A stretch of DNA of 64,000 nucleotides, from positions 6,997-70,996 of the forward strand of contig JAMPAF010000006.1 of the NCBI GenBank assembly GCA_023667345.1, in the 5' to 3' direction. This DNA comes from Clostridiales bacterium (GTDB lineage: Bacteria > Bacillota > Clostridia > Christensenellales > Borkfalkiaceae). This document shows, piece by piece, positions 34,590 through 44,123 of this stretch. The stretch's first letter is position 1. Every line of letters begins with the position of its first letter. The position numbers and the translations under genes were made by a program. The notes below the pieces were generated by a model that did no database searches, had not been told where the DNA came from, and saw only the letters and a list, made by a program, of their open reading frames with translations.

Positions 34590-35031
34590 GCCGCATGCCG
34601 TGACACGCAGTAGCGGAAAGCGGTACACACCCACCCGTCATTATGAGGTATTTGCGGCATTGCGGACTTGTTTGAAACATTTAAGCATTTAGCCGCAAAA
34701 ACCGTAATAATCTTTTTGCGCGCCTCGAAGAGGTACTCTCGCGCAAAACTAACCTTGCCGCATTACAACGCTATTTAAGACGAACACCCGCAAACTCCGT
34801 AATTCTGGATTGCCACGTCGCTACGCTCCTCGCAATGACGGTAACCAAACACCCGCTATGCTGACGGGTCGAAATGATATGTCTTAATGTGCTCGCAAAA
34901 CAATTAAAAAAGTCGCGGGGCGAATTTTTTCGCCCCGCGACTTTTAAAATTTTTACTTTAATTCCGCCCCTTATGCTTGCAACGACACGGAGCGTAGCGC
35001 CGTAATTCCGAATTCCGAATTCCGAATTCCT
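34590..35031. repeat. mosaic block: T modules, T3 copy (34636-34766), T2 copy (34797-34841), terminator hairpin, U module, H array (35004-35031)
   Basis: T3 aligns with 43795-43924. T2 here has the apical segment GAGGAGCGTAGCGACG. AATTCCG x3 plus AATTCCT end 2 nt before the rplI stop. Confidence 0.85.
34905..34945 (-). terminator. terminator downstream of rplI (also usable on the + strand)
   Basis: 17-bp stem AAAAGTCGCGGGGCGAA/TTCGCCCCGCGACTTTT flanked by A and T runs. Confidence 0.75.
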
Positions 35032-35033
35032 AA

Positions 35034-35480
35034 CTACTCTTCCCCTCTTACAAGCACTGTAATCTTAGAAGAAATTCCCTCGGCAAGTTTAAGCGAAACC
35101 TCGTAATCGCCCACCATTTTTATGGGGTTTGCGATTACGATTTTCTTTTTGTCCACGTCGTAGCCCGCCGCCTTTAAGCTGTCGGATATATCCTGCGCGG
35201 TAACCGAGCCGAACACCTTGCCGTTTGCGCCGACCTTGATATTTACCGTGAATTTTTTGTCCTTAATCTCGTCCGCGAGCGCCTTCATAGCCTTTAATTC
35301 TTCGCGCTTGTGGTACTCGTCCGCGCTCTTGCGCTGGTTGAGCTCGTTTATCTTAGTGGGCGTTGCCGCCTCCGCAAGCCCCTTTTTAATTAAAAAATTG
35401 CGGGCGTAACCCTCGTTGACGTCTAATAAATCGCCCTTTTTGCCCTGTCCTTTCACGTCTTGCAACAAAATGATTTTCAT
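35034..35480 (-). CDS. rplI: 50S ribosomal protein L9
   Basis: MKIILLQDVKGQGKKGDLLDVNEGYARNFLIKKGLA. Start trimmed to ATG 35480. Confidence 0.95.
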   Translation of the reverse strand: MKIILLQDVKGQGKKGDLLDVNEGYARNFLIKKGLAEAATPTKINELNQRKSADEYHKREELKAMKALADEIKDKKFTVNIKVGANGKVFGSVTAQDISDSLKAAGYDVDKKKIVIANPIKMVGDYEVSLKLAEGISSKITVLVRGEE

Positions 35481-35584
35481 AACGTACTCCTTTTGATATA
35501 TTTTACCTTTTCCCCGCCTTTTTGTCAATAGCCGCGCATAATTTGAGCTTATGCGGCGCACAATAATTTTACGGAGGTAAACAT

Positions 35585-35737
35585 ATGGAAACCATCAATT
35601 TCGGCATTGCTTGCGACGTTTCGAACTGCAAGTATAACCACAACGGCTGTAACTGCACTCTCGATAAAATTCACGTGGGCTGCACTTGCGACAGCAATCA
35701 CTGCACGTGCTGTGAAAGTTTCTCCGATAAGGTTTAA
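35585..35737 (+). CDS. DUF1540-like cysteine-rich mini-protein (50 aa)
   Basis: Below the track cutoff; found by hand: METINFGIACDVSNCKYNHNGCNCTLDKIHVGCTCDSNHCTCCESFSDKV. GGAGG SD, and a strong terminator follows. Confidence 0.65.
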   Translation: METINFGIACDVSNCKYNHNGCNCTLDKIHVGCTCDSNHCTCCESFSDKV

Positions 35738-35755
35738 ACTTTTAAGGTAAGTTTA

Positions 35756-35796
35756 AGCGGCGCGGACTTTTTCTAAGTCCGCGCCGCTCTTTTTAT
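35756..35796 (+). terminator. intrinsic terminator after the DUF1540 gene
   Basis: AGCGGCGCGGACTT-5 nt-AAGTCCGCGCCGCT plus CTTTTTATC. Confidence 0.8.
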
Positions 35797-35802
35797 CTTT
35801 AT

Positions 35803-36954
35803 TTAATTTTTGAACCAGCCGCGGAGCGGGAACGCCTCGAACGCCGAGCCCATAGGGTTGCAGGAATATATGCCGTCGCCGAGGCACGCCTTTTTTGCGT
35901 ACTCGTTTAGCTGCGCCATAAACGGCAAGTCGTTGAGCGTGTACGCAATGCCGCCGAAAACAAGCAACAAAACGGTTACCACCGCGCACATAAATACCGC
36001 GCCGAGTATGCCGTCAACCGCGTTGAAGATTTTATTTTCGCGGAATCTGTCGACGACTTTGGGCAAAAATATGCCCACCAAAATTACTACTATAAGCGAC
36101 AGCGCGAATATGAGCACCGCTATAATCGCCTTTGCAACCGTATCCGCCGCGCCGCCGAGCGACGAGGCGAAGGTTGAAAGAAGTCCGTTTTTAAGCATTT
36201 CCACGGCGGGGGCGCACACCTCACTTGAAGCGATTGACCAGGACGCAACCGCAAAGCCCGCGAGCAAACCTAAAACCGCAACTATGCTGATAGCCGAGCT
36301 TATGCCACCCCTGTAACCAATTCTTATGCTTAAAGACAGCGCGCAGATTACTAAAAAGTCAAGCGCGATATCCGTGCCGAGCCCCTTCCAGTTCGACGAC
36401 GAAAGCGATGCGGAAAACGCGTTTTTGAATGCGGCTATGCCCGACATATCGGCAAACAGCAATAGGAAAATTATTACCGCGCCTATGCCCGCAAGCGCGT
36501 TGATACAGCCGCTTGCCGCGCCGAAAATTCTGTCTAAAACGCCCCAGACGCCCGCGGAATCCTTAATCTTTTTACTCTTTCTAAGCTGCCGTCTGTACTC
36601 GCGTCTGTCGTTGTTGTCAACGGCGTTTAAAATGAGCTCCTCGCTCTCCGCTCTGTCGTCGTAGTTTTTGTACCCCGAAAGCTTTTTGCGCGCGTCGACC
36701 GCTTTTGCGAGCAACTGCCTTAACGCCAAAAGCACAGCCGAAACCACCAACAGCACGATTATCGCGGTTAAAAGTACCGCAAGTCCGTAGCCGTCGGAGC
36801 TCTTTTTTGCAGACGTGCCGACCATTCTTTCGAACAACAGCGCAATAAGCACCGTAAGCCCCCAGAACGACGTCTTTGTAAATTTTCGGAAAAAGCCCGC
36901 CAGCGCGCCGACGACGGCGCCCACGCAGACCAAAACTATTAAAACAGCCGACAT
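35803..36954 (-). CDS. hypothetical polytopic membrane protein
   Basis: 383-aa ORF with at least 8 hydrophobic segments and a charged central loop. No family recognised. Confidence 0.7.
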   Translation of the reverse strand: MSAVLIVLVCVGAVVGALAGFFRKFTKTSFWGLTVLIALLFERMVGTSAKKSSDGYGLAVLLTAIIVLLVVSAVLLALRQLLAKAVDARKKLSGYKNYDDRAESEELILNAVDNNDRREYRRQLRKSKKIKDSAGVWGVLDRIFGAASGCINALAGIGAVIIFLLLFADMSGIAAFKNAFSASLSSSNWKGLGTDIALDFLVICALSLSIRIGYRGGISSAISIVAVLGLLAGFAVASWSIASSEVCAPAVEMLKNGLLSTFASSLGGAADTVAKAIIAVLIFALSLIVVILVGIFLPKVVDRFRENKIFNAVDGILGAVFMCAVVTVLLLVFGGIAYTLNDLPFMAQLNEYAKKACLGDGIYSCNPMGSAFEAFPLRGWFKN

Positions 36955-36992
36955 AAAACTCCTTATTTAATGTGTAATTGCGGTCTAATTAT

Positions 36993-37204
36993 CAACCTCT
37001 ATCCCCTCTTCGAGGTACTTTCCCCTTCAAAGGGGAAAGCAAGGGTTCCGCAGACTACGTAATTCTGGATTGCCACGGCGGCAAGCCGCCAGCGCAATGA
37101 CGGCTCCCAGCTCTCGCCTTCCACTTTGAAGGGGAAGGTGTCACCGCAGGTGACGGAAGAGGTTGGTTCAATTAAATTTTTGCCACAATTCCGCATTGCG
37201 CATT
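36993..37204. repeat. type II P element, circularly permuted and interrupted by a T2 module (37049-37103), plus H array (37184-37204)
   Basis: CAACCTCTATC (36993) and GAAGAGGTTGG (37156) now pair across the whole element. The array unit GCGCATT overlaps the glnS stop. Confidence 0.85.
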
Positions 37205-38852
37205 ACTTATTAAAGTTGTCTTTAAGCGAGACGATTTCCGAAAGGCGCGCCTTGCCGCCTTCGCAACCGCATACCTTGTAGTAGCCCGTGCGCATAAGCT
37301 GAAAGCTCTTACCCGCGCTCTCCGCCGCGTACGGCTCGACCTTGCCCCAACGGGTGTTAATACTGTCCTTATTCAGCCTTTCGGCGTAGTCCTGGTCGGG
37401 GTATTCCTCGTCCTTTAATAGGGGCTTGTAGGCGACGAACTCCGCGTCAACGCCGTACTTGCAATCCACCCACTGGATAACGCCCTTCGCCTTAATTTCG
37501 CTCTTGACCTCGCTTCCCGAGCGGGTTTCGGGGAAGTAGGTGCACAAAATTTCCTTTACCTCGCCGCTTTCGTCCAAAACGACGTCATCGCAACGCACAA
37601 TATACGCCGCCTTCAACCTTACGGTGCCGCCCTTATACAGCCTTTTGAACTTGGGCGGGGGCACGAGCGCAAAGTCGGACCTTTCAATATACACGCTGCC
37701 GGTAAACTTTACGGGGCGGGTTTCGCCGCTTCCGTCCGTGGGGTTTTTCTCGAAGCCGAGCTCCTCTTCGCCGTCGTAATTGGTTATGGTAAGTTTTACG
37801 GGGTCGGTGACCGCCATAGCCCTCTCCGCCGTGGCGTTGAGCTCGTCGCGCACGCACTCGTCAAGCTGTGCGATATTGACGACGCCGTAATTTTTGGCAA
37901 CCCCGACGTCGGCGCAGAATTTGCGCAGTGCCATGGGCGGCACGCCGCGGTTTTTCAAGCCCATAAGCGTGGGCATGCGCGGGTCGTCCCAGCCCGAGAC
38001 GAACCCCTCGTCCACAAGCTTTTTTAAATACCGCTTGGACATAAGCGTGTTGGTTATGTTCAGCCGCGCGAACTCAATCTGCCGCGGCACGGGCTGAGCA
38101 AAGCCCGCCTTTTCTATCACCCAGTCGTACAGGGGGCGGTGATTTTCGAATTCCAAAGAACAGAGAGAGTGCGTTATGCCCTCGATTGCGTCGGATACGG
38201 GGTGCGCGAAATCGTACATAGGATAGATGCACCACTTGTCGCCCTGACGGTAGTGCGGCACGTGCGCTATGCGGTAGATTACAGGGTCGCGCATATTGAT
38301 ATTGGGCGACGACATATCTATTTTCGCGCGCAAAACTTTTGCGCCGTCGGGGTACTTGCCCTCTTTCATTTCGCGGAAGAGCTGCAAATTTTCCTCTACG
38401 CTTCTGTTTCTGTACGGGCTCTCTTTGCCCGCTTCGGTGAGCGTGCCGCGCGTAGCCGTTATCTCGTCGGCGGACAAATCGCACACATAGGCGTTGCCCT
38501 CGCGGATATACTTTTCGGCAATCCCGTACATTTCGTCGTAGTAGTCGGACGCGAAGAACAGATTGTCGTAGTCAAAGCCCAGCCACTTTACCGCGTCGAT
38601 TATGGAATTTACGTATTCGTAATCTTCCTTTGCGGGGTTGGTGTCGTCCATACGAAGGTTAATCTTGCCGTTGTACTTTTCCTTTACGCCGAAATTTATG
38701 CAGAGCGCTTTTACGTGCCCTATGTGCAGATAGCCGTTGGGCTCGGGCGGAAAGCGCACGCAGATTTTGTTGCCGCGCCCCTCGTACTTGCCGCTTTTTA
38801 TATCCTCGTTAATAAACTGTTCTATAAAATTTGTTGCCTCGGGAAGTTCCAT
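37203..38852 (-). CDS. glnS: glutamine--tRNA ligase
   Basis: Class I HIGH (PEPNGYLHIGH) and KMSKS-like LMSKR. Length and N-terminal NFIEQFINEDI are typical of GlnRS. Confidence 0.9.
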   Translation of the reverse strand: MELPEATNFIEQFINEDIKSGKYEGRGNKICVRFPPEPNGYLHIGHVKALCINFGVKEKYNGKINLRMDDTNPAKEDYEYVNSIIDAVKWLGFDYDNLFFASDYYDEMYGIAEKYIREGNAYVCDLSADEITATRGTLTEAGKESPYRNRSVEENLQLFREMKEGKYPDGAKVLRAKIDMSSPNINMRDPVIYRIAHVPHYRQGDKWCIYPMYDFAHPVSDAIEGITHSLCSLEFENHRPLYDWVIEKAGFAQPVPRQIEFARLNITNTLMSKRYLKKLVDEGFVSGWDDPRMPTLMGLKNRGVPPMALRKFCADVGVAKNYGVVNIAQLDECVRDELNATAERAMAVTDPVKLTITNYDGEEELGFEKNPTDGSGETRPVKFTGSVYIERSDFALVPPPKFKRLYKGGTVRLKAAYIVRCDDVVLDESGEVKEILCTYFPETRSGSEVKSEIKAKGVIQWVDCKYGVDAEFVAYKPLLKDEEYPDQDYAERLNKDSINTRWGKVEPYAAESAGKSFQLMRTGYYKVCGCEGGKARLSEIVSLKDNFNK

Positions 38853-38866
38853 ACTTTTTTACCTTT

Positions 38867-39943
38867 TCAACTGTCGAAATTTTCTTTCAATGCGGTTATG
38901 GCGGATTTGTAACCTTTTGCCGCGGATTTTTGCCACAGCTCCTTTGCCTTGTATATATCTTGCCTTACGCCGTCTCCGTTATAATAGCAAACGCCTAAAT
39001 TGTACATTCCCGCGGCGCTGCCTTTTTCCGCGGATTTTGAATACCAGTTTACGGCTTTTGCGTAATCTTGCTTCACGCCCGTCCCGTTAAGATAGCAACT
39101 GCCCAAATTGCTCATAGAGTCGCCGTTGCCCGCTTCGGCGGCTTTCAAGTACCAGTACATAGCTTTCGAATAGTCCTGTGCAACTCCGTTGCCGCTCTCG
39201 TAACATACTCCTAAATTGGCTTGCGCGGAGACGTTGCCTTGCGCCACGGATTTTTCGTACCAACATACCGCCTTTTCGTAATCCGTTTTCGTTCCTAAAC
39301 CGTTATAATAGCAATAGCCCAGTCTGAACTGCGCCTTTGCGTTGCCTTGCTCGGCGGACTTTATAAACAAGCCGAAAGCCCTTTCGTAATCCTGTTTTAC
39401 CCCGACGCCAAAATAATAAAATTCGCCAAGATATAACTGCGCTACGGAAACTCCCTGTTCGGAGGATTTTTCGAACAAGTGAAAAGCTTTTACAACGTCC
39501 TTGCCTGTGCCGAGACCGTTAATATACATTTCGCCGAGATGGCATTGCGCGTATCCGTTTCCCTGCTCGGCGGACTTTGTATACCAATAGAGAGCCTTCT
39601 GAAAATCCTGCTTTACGCCGTAACCTTTAAAGTAACAGTCACCTAAAAGACACTGCGCAAAGTGATGACCCTGCACGGCGGCTTTTTCGTACCAGTACGC
39701 CGCCTTTGCAAAATCTTTATCCACGCCTAAACCGCGGGAATATGCGTCGCCCATATTGCGCTGCGCGCTTGCAAACCCCTGTTCGGCGGATTTTAGCCAC
39801 CAATACACCGCTTTTTTATAATCTTTCGGAATGCCGTCGCCCGTAAAATAACGCGTGCCCAAAAGGCACTGCGCACCGGCGTCGCCCCGTTCGGCGGATA
39901 TTAAAAGTTGTTCTATGCTTGCTTTAAGTTCTTTACCCGCCAT
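38867..39943 (-). CDS. Sel1-like (SLR/TPR) repeat protein
   Basis: About nine 36-aa repeats of the form A..WY.KSAEQGN..AQ..LG.CY..G.GV.QDY.KA. No signal peptide. Confidence 0.85.
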   Translation of the reverse strand: MAGKELKASIEQLLISAERGDAGAQCLLGTRYFTGDGIPKDYKKAVYWWLKSAEQGFASAQRNMGDAYSRGLGVDKDFAKAAYWYEKAAVQGHHFAQCLLGDCYFKGYGVKQDFQKALYWYTKSAEQGNGYAQCHLGEMYINGLGTGKDVVKAFHLFEKSSEQGVSVAQLYLGEFYYFGVGVKQDYERAFGLFIKSAEQGNAKAQFRLGYCYYNGLGTKTDYEKAVCWYEKSVAQGNVSAQANLGVCYESGNGVAQDYSKAMYWYLKAAEAGNGDSMSNLGSCYLNGTGVKQDYAKAVNWYSKSAEKGSAAGMYNLGVCYYNGDGVRQDIYKAKELWQKSAAKGYKSAITALKENFDS

Positions 39944-39967
39944 TTGCGCCCCCGAAAGCCGTTTTAT

Positions 39968-41632
39968 TTACGACAAGCCAGTTATCTTGCCGCTTGCGTC
40001 GATGTCTATTTTTTCCGCGCAAGGCACTTTGCCGAGCCCGGGCATAAGCATTACAGAGCCCGCAACAGCCACCAAAAAGCCCGCTCCGCCGCGGTACTCT
40101 ATATCGCGCACGAAAATTTTAAAGCCCTTTGGCGCGGATAAAAGCGCGGGATTATCCGAAAGGGAATACTGCGTTTTTGCGATTATTACGGGCAAGCCTC
40201 TGCCGAGCCCCTTAGCTTCTAACGCGGCAATTTTCTGTTCGGCAAGAGCGGAATATTCCGCGCCGTCGCCGCCGTAGATATTCTTTACGACGCCCTCTAT
40301 CTTCGCCTTTACGCTATCGTTTAAATCATATGCAAAGTGCAGCTCGCTTATTTCGTCGCACGCCGAAATTACCGCCGCGGCAAGCTCTTTGCCACCCTCG
40401 CCGCCCTTTAAAAACACGTCGGTGAACACGGCTTTCGCGCCCGCCTCTTTGCAGGCGTTCATAACCGTTTCAATCTCCCTTTCCGTGTCGGTCACAAACC
40501 TGTTCATCGCCACGACGACGGGTTTTTTATACACGTTTTTCATGTTGTCCACGTGTTTCAATAAATTGGGCAAACCCGCGGTTAGTGCGGGGATATCCTC
40601 GTTCGAAAGGGAATTTTTGTCCGCCCCGCCGTGGAGCTTCAATGCCTTTACGGTAGCAACCACCACCACGCACTGGGGCTCTATACCCGCAATACGGCAT
40701 TTTGCGTCCAAAAACTTTTCCGCGCCCAAATCCGCGCCGAAGCCCGCTTCGGTTACAGTATAGTCGGAAAGGCTCATGGCGGCGAGCGTCGCGCGCACCG
40801 AGTTACAGCCGTGCGCGATATTTGCAAACGGACCGCCGTGCACTATCGCGGGCGTGCCCTCCAAAGTCTGCACAAGGTTGGGGTTTATGGCGTCCTTTAA
40901 AAGGGTCGCCATCGCGCCCGCCGCGTTCAGCTCTCTTGCGTAAACGTATTCGCCTTTCGAGTTTTCGCCCACGACGATATTGCCCAAACGCTCCTTTAAA
41001 TCGGCGATATCGCGCGCAAGGCACAAAATCGCCATGACCTCGCTTGCCGCGGTTATCGAAAAGCTTTCCTTTCTCTGATAACTCTCGCAACCCTTCATAT
41101 TGCCCGCGGAGCAGTCGAGGGTGATATCGCGAAGCGCCCTATCGTTCATATCCATACAGCGGTGGAAATGCACCGTCTGGATATCGAGCGCGTTGTCGCG
41201 GAAAATGTGATTGTCTATCATTGCGCATAAGAGGTTGTTAGCCGCGGTTATCGCGTGCAAGTCGCCCGTAAAGTGCAAATTTATATCCGCCATGGGCACG
41301 ACCTGCGCATAGCCGCCGCCCGCCGCGCCGCCTTTAATGCCGAACACGGGTCCTAAGGAAGGTTCGCGCAATGCAAGGCACGCCTTTTTGCCGAGTTTGG
41401 AAAGTCCGTCGGCAAGACCTATCGAAACGGTCGTCTTGCCCTCGCCGCTCGCCGTGGGGTTTATGGCGGTGACCAAAACAAGCTTAGCTTTGGGCGAATA
41501 TTCCTTTAAATTTATCTTCGCCTTATACTTTCCGTAAAGTTCAAGCCCGTCCTCGTCAAGTCCTAATTTTTTCGCGATTTGGCGCACGTCTGAAAGCTTT
41601 GCGCTCTCTGCAATCTCGATATCACTAAGCAT
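39968..41632 (-). CDS. fhs: formate--tetrahydrofolate ligase
   Basis: NPTASGEGKTTVSIGL P-loop and overall FTHFS pattern; 554 aa. Confidence 0.95.
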   Translation of the reverse strand: MLSDIEIAESAKLSDVRQIAKKLGLDEDGLELYGKYKAKINLKEYSPKAKLVLVTAINPTASGEGKTTVSIGLADGLSKLGKKACLALREPSLGPVFGIKGGAAGGGYAQVVPMADINLHFTGDLHAITAANNLLCAMIDNHIFRDNALDIQTVHFHRCMDMNDRALRDITLDCSAGNMKGCESYQRKESFSITAASEVMAILCLARDIADLKERLGNIVVGENSKGEYVYARELNAAGAMATLLKDAINPNLVQTLEGTPAIVHGGPFANIAHGCNSVRATLAAMSLSDYTVTEAGFGADLGAEKFLDAKCRIAGIEPQCVVVVATVKALKLHGGADKNSLSNEDIPALTAGLPNLLKHVDNMKNVYKKPVVVAMNRFVTDTEREIETVMNACKEAGAKAVFTDVFLKGGEGGKELAAAVISACDEISELHFAYDLNDSVKAKIEGVVKNIYGGDGAEYSALAEQKIAALEAKGLGRGLPVIIAKTQYSLSDNPALLSAPKGFKIFVRDIEYRGGAGFLVAVAGSVMLMPGLGKVPCAEKIDIDASGKITGLS

Positions 41633-41657
41633 AACTACCTAACGCTCCCGATAATTT

Positions 41658-41880
41658 AATTAAGAATTATGAATTAAGAATTAAGAATTATGAATTAAGA
41701 ATTCGGAATTCGGAATTGTATACCCCCCTCAGTCACCGTTGGTGACAGCTCCCCCCTCTATAAAGAAGGGTGAGCCTTGCCTTAGCGCAACCCGTGGCAT
41801 ACCCCTTTTCAAGGGGGAGGCTCCCGCTTTGCGGGTGGTGGGGGTTCAATTCTTAATTCTACATTCTACATTCTGAATCA
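41658..41880 (-). repeat. full element: 9-unit H array (41658-41720), Q core (41718-41848), inverted H array (41848-41880)
   Basis: The Q core is the reverse complement of 58696-58818, with stem-loop differences. Lies between the divergent fhs and glyQS. Confidence 0.9.
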
Positions 41881-41974
41881 GAACAATTCCATACCCAATT
41901 ATATCACACGCACGCGCGAAAGTATATAATTTACACGGTAATTTTTTCGAAAATTTGCCCGCCTTGCAATTTAC

Positions 41975-42003
41975 TTGACATTTTTTTTGCGCAGGCATAA
42001 ACT
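41975..42003 (+). promoter_or_regulatory. promoter TTGACA-17-TAAACT for glyQS
   Basis: Read directly. The short leader has one hairpin and no T-box. Confidence 0.45.
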
Positions 42004-42059
42004 TAAAGCAAATTATTTAAGGGCGCATTATTGCCAAATGCGCGCCGAAGGAGCAAATT

Positions 42060-43463
42060 ATGGCGGATAAAAAGAGAGCGGTTACGCAGGACAAGCTTGT
42101 AGCCCTCTGCAAAAACAGAGGCTTCATTTTTCCGGGGAGCGAAATTTACGGCGGACTTGCCAACACCTGGGACTACGGTCCTTTGGGCGTTGAGTTTAAA
42201 AACAATGTTAAAAGAGCCTGGTGGAAAAAGTTCGTGCAGGAAAACACGCTGAACACGGGGCTCGACTGCGCGATTTTGATGAACACGCGTACCTGGAAGG
42301 CGAGCGGACACCTCGGCGGGTTTTCCGACCCTTTAATGGACTGCAAGAACTGCAAGACCCGTCACCGCGCCGACAATCTTGTGGAGACGTACTGCGCAAA
42401 GCACGGACTGGATGTAAAGGTCGAGGCAATGGACAACGACGCGTTGGAAGCGTTTATCGCCGAAAAACAGATTGTCTGCCCCGCGTGCGGCAAGAGCGAC
42501 TTTACCCCTATCCGCAAATTCAACCTTATGTTCAAGACCTTTCAGGGGGTCACCGAGGACAGCGTAAACACCGTCTACCTCCGCCCCGAAACGGCGCAGG
42601 GCATATTCGTCAACTTTAAAAACGTGCAGAGGGCTTCCCGCATGCGCGTGCCCTTCGGCATAGGGCAGATAGGCAAGTCGTTCCGCAACGAGATAACGCC
42701 GGGCAACTTTATATTCCGCGTGCGAGAGTTCGAGCAGATGGAGCTTGAATTTTTCTGCAAGCCGGGCACGGACTTAGAGTGGTTCAACTACTGGAAAAAT
42801 TACTGCAAGGACTTCCTTTTATCGCTCGGCATGAAAGAGGAAAATCTGCGCCTTCGCGACCACTCGCCCGAAGAGCTTTGCTTCTACTCAAAGGCGACGA
42901 CCGACTTCGAGTACAACTTCGCGTTCGGCTGGGGCGAGCTTTGGGGCGTTGCCGACAGAACGGACTACGATTTGACCCAGCACCAGACGGAGAGCGGCGA
43001 GAGCATGGAATATATCGACCCCGCGACAAACGAAAAGTACGTGCCGTACGTAATAGAGCCGTCGCTCGGCGTCGAGAGAATGGTGCTCGCGTACCTCACC
43101 GACGCGTACGACGAAGAGGTTCTGGACGAGGCAAAGGGCGACGTGCGCACCGTTCTGCGCCTGCACCCCTTCCTCGCGCCCTACAAGGCGGCAATTCTTC
43201 CCCTGCAAAAGGGGCTTTCGGACAAGGCGGACGAGGTGTACAGAAAGCTTGCCAAAAAGTTTTCGGTTACCTACGACGTGACGGGTTCTATCGGCAAACG
43301 CTATCGCCGTCAGGACGAGATTGGCACGCCGTACTGCATAACAATAGATTTCGACACACTCGAAAACGATACGGTGACCGTGCGCGACAGAGACAGCATG
43401 CAGCAGATAAGATTGCCGATATCCGAACTCGAAGCATACATTGAAAAGAGTTTGGAGTTTTAA
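42060..43463 (+). CDS. glyQS: glycine--tRNA ligase (alpha2 type)
   Basis: [24 protein letters not shown] and [25 protein letters not shown] class II motifs. Confidence 0.95.
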   Translation: MADKKRAVTQDKLVALCKNRGFIFPGSEIYGGLANTWDYGPLGVEFKNNVKRAWWKKFVQENTLNTGLDCAILMNTRTWKASGHLGGFSDPLMDCKNCKTRHRADNLVETYCAKHGLDVKVEAMDNDALEAFIAEKQIVCPACGKSDFTPIRKFNLMFKTFQGVTEDSVNTVYLRPETAQGIFVNFKNVQRASRMRVPFGIGQIGKSFRNEITPGNFIFRVREFEQMELEFFCKPGTDLEWFNYWKNYCKDFLLSLGMKEENLRLRDHSPEELCFYSKATTDFEYNFAFGWGELWGVADRTDYDLTQHQTESGESMEYIDPATNEKYVPYVIEPSLGVERMVLAYLTDAYDEEVLDEAKGDVRTVLRLHPFLAPYKAAILPLQKGLSDKADEVYRKLAKKFSVTYDVTGSIGKRYRRQDEIGTPYCITIDFDTLENDTVTVRDRDSMQQIRLPISELEAYIEKSLEF

Positions 43464-43596
43464 ATGAAAAAGTTTTTAGTTGCTGCGGCGACCGCATTTC
43501 GGACACTTATTCATACGACTTTATAGTAGGTATGTACGACGCGGAAGCCCGTACGGTTTACTACTATGAACAGCACACTTAAAATCATAAAAATTC

Positions 43597-43636
43597 AATT
43601 CGCCGCGGGATATCCCGCGGCGAATTAATTTTTTTG
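43597..43636 (+). terminator. intrinsic terminator downstream of glyQS
   Basis: AATTCGCCGCGGGA-ta-TCCCGCGGCGAATT plus AATTTTTTT. Confidence 0.8.
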
Positions 43637-43648
43637 CACCTTATTATG

Positions 43649-44106
43649 ACCTTCCCCTTAGGGGGGTCTGTTGCGGTAAAAAAGCATTTAAGAAAAGATT
43701 TCTCGATTTCGCTTACGCTCCACTCGAAATGACGCTTCTCAATCGCTACTGCGTGCCGCTTTGCGGCGGGGGCGAAATGACGCCTACTCTACCCCGTCAT
43801 TATGAGGTTTTTGCGGCATTGCGGACTTGTTTGAAACGTTAAAGTATTTAGCCGTAAAAACCGTAATAATCTTTTTGCGCGCCTCGAAGAGGTATTCTCG
43901 CGCAAAACTAACCTGCCGCATTACTGCGCAATTTAAGGTGTAAATAACACATCCCTCATCCGTCTTGACCTTAACGGTCAAGCCACCTTCCCCCTTTATT
44001 AAGGTGGAAGGCACGATTGCGGTAAAAAATTAGCCGCGCGGCTATTTGCCGCGCGGCTTAACTTTTACTTTCATTCTTAATTCTGAATTCTTAATTCTTA
44101 ATTCAC
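43649..44106. repeat. mosaic block: P1 hairpin, T ends, T3 copy (43795-43924), inverted P3-P2-P1 modules (43950-44012), palindrome GCCGCGCGGC x2, H array (44072-44106)
   Basis: The reverse complement of 43950-44012 matches 47140-47200 except for the P2 stem (CTTGACC-gttaa-GGTCAAG versus CTGC-gta-GCAG). Confidence 0.85.
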
Positions 44107-44123
44107 AACGATTGCGCGTTGAA

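Noticed and set aside
41658-41720. Heptamer arrays as possible CRISPR arrays.
   Set aside because: Units are 7 nt, directly abutting with no spacers, and no cas genes are present. They are simple tandem arrays forming element termini.
41881-42059. Possible T-box leaders upstream of glyQS (and of glnS at 38853-38866).
   Set aside because: The glyQS leader is under 60 nt after the predicted promoter, with one small hairpin. glnS is only 14 nt from the preceding gene. No specifier/T-box sequence was seen.
43485-43547. 20-codon ORF (MKKFLVAAATAFRTLIHTTL) right after glyQS.
   Set aside because: Too short, with no SD of note and no recognisable peptide class. It is probably a chance ORF upstream of the glyQS terminator.
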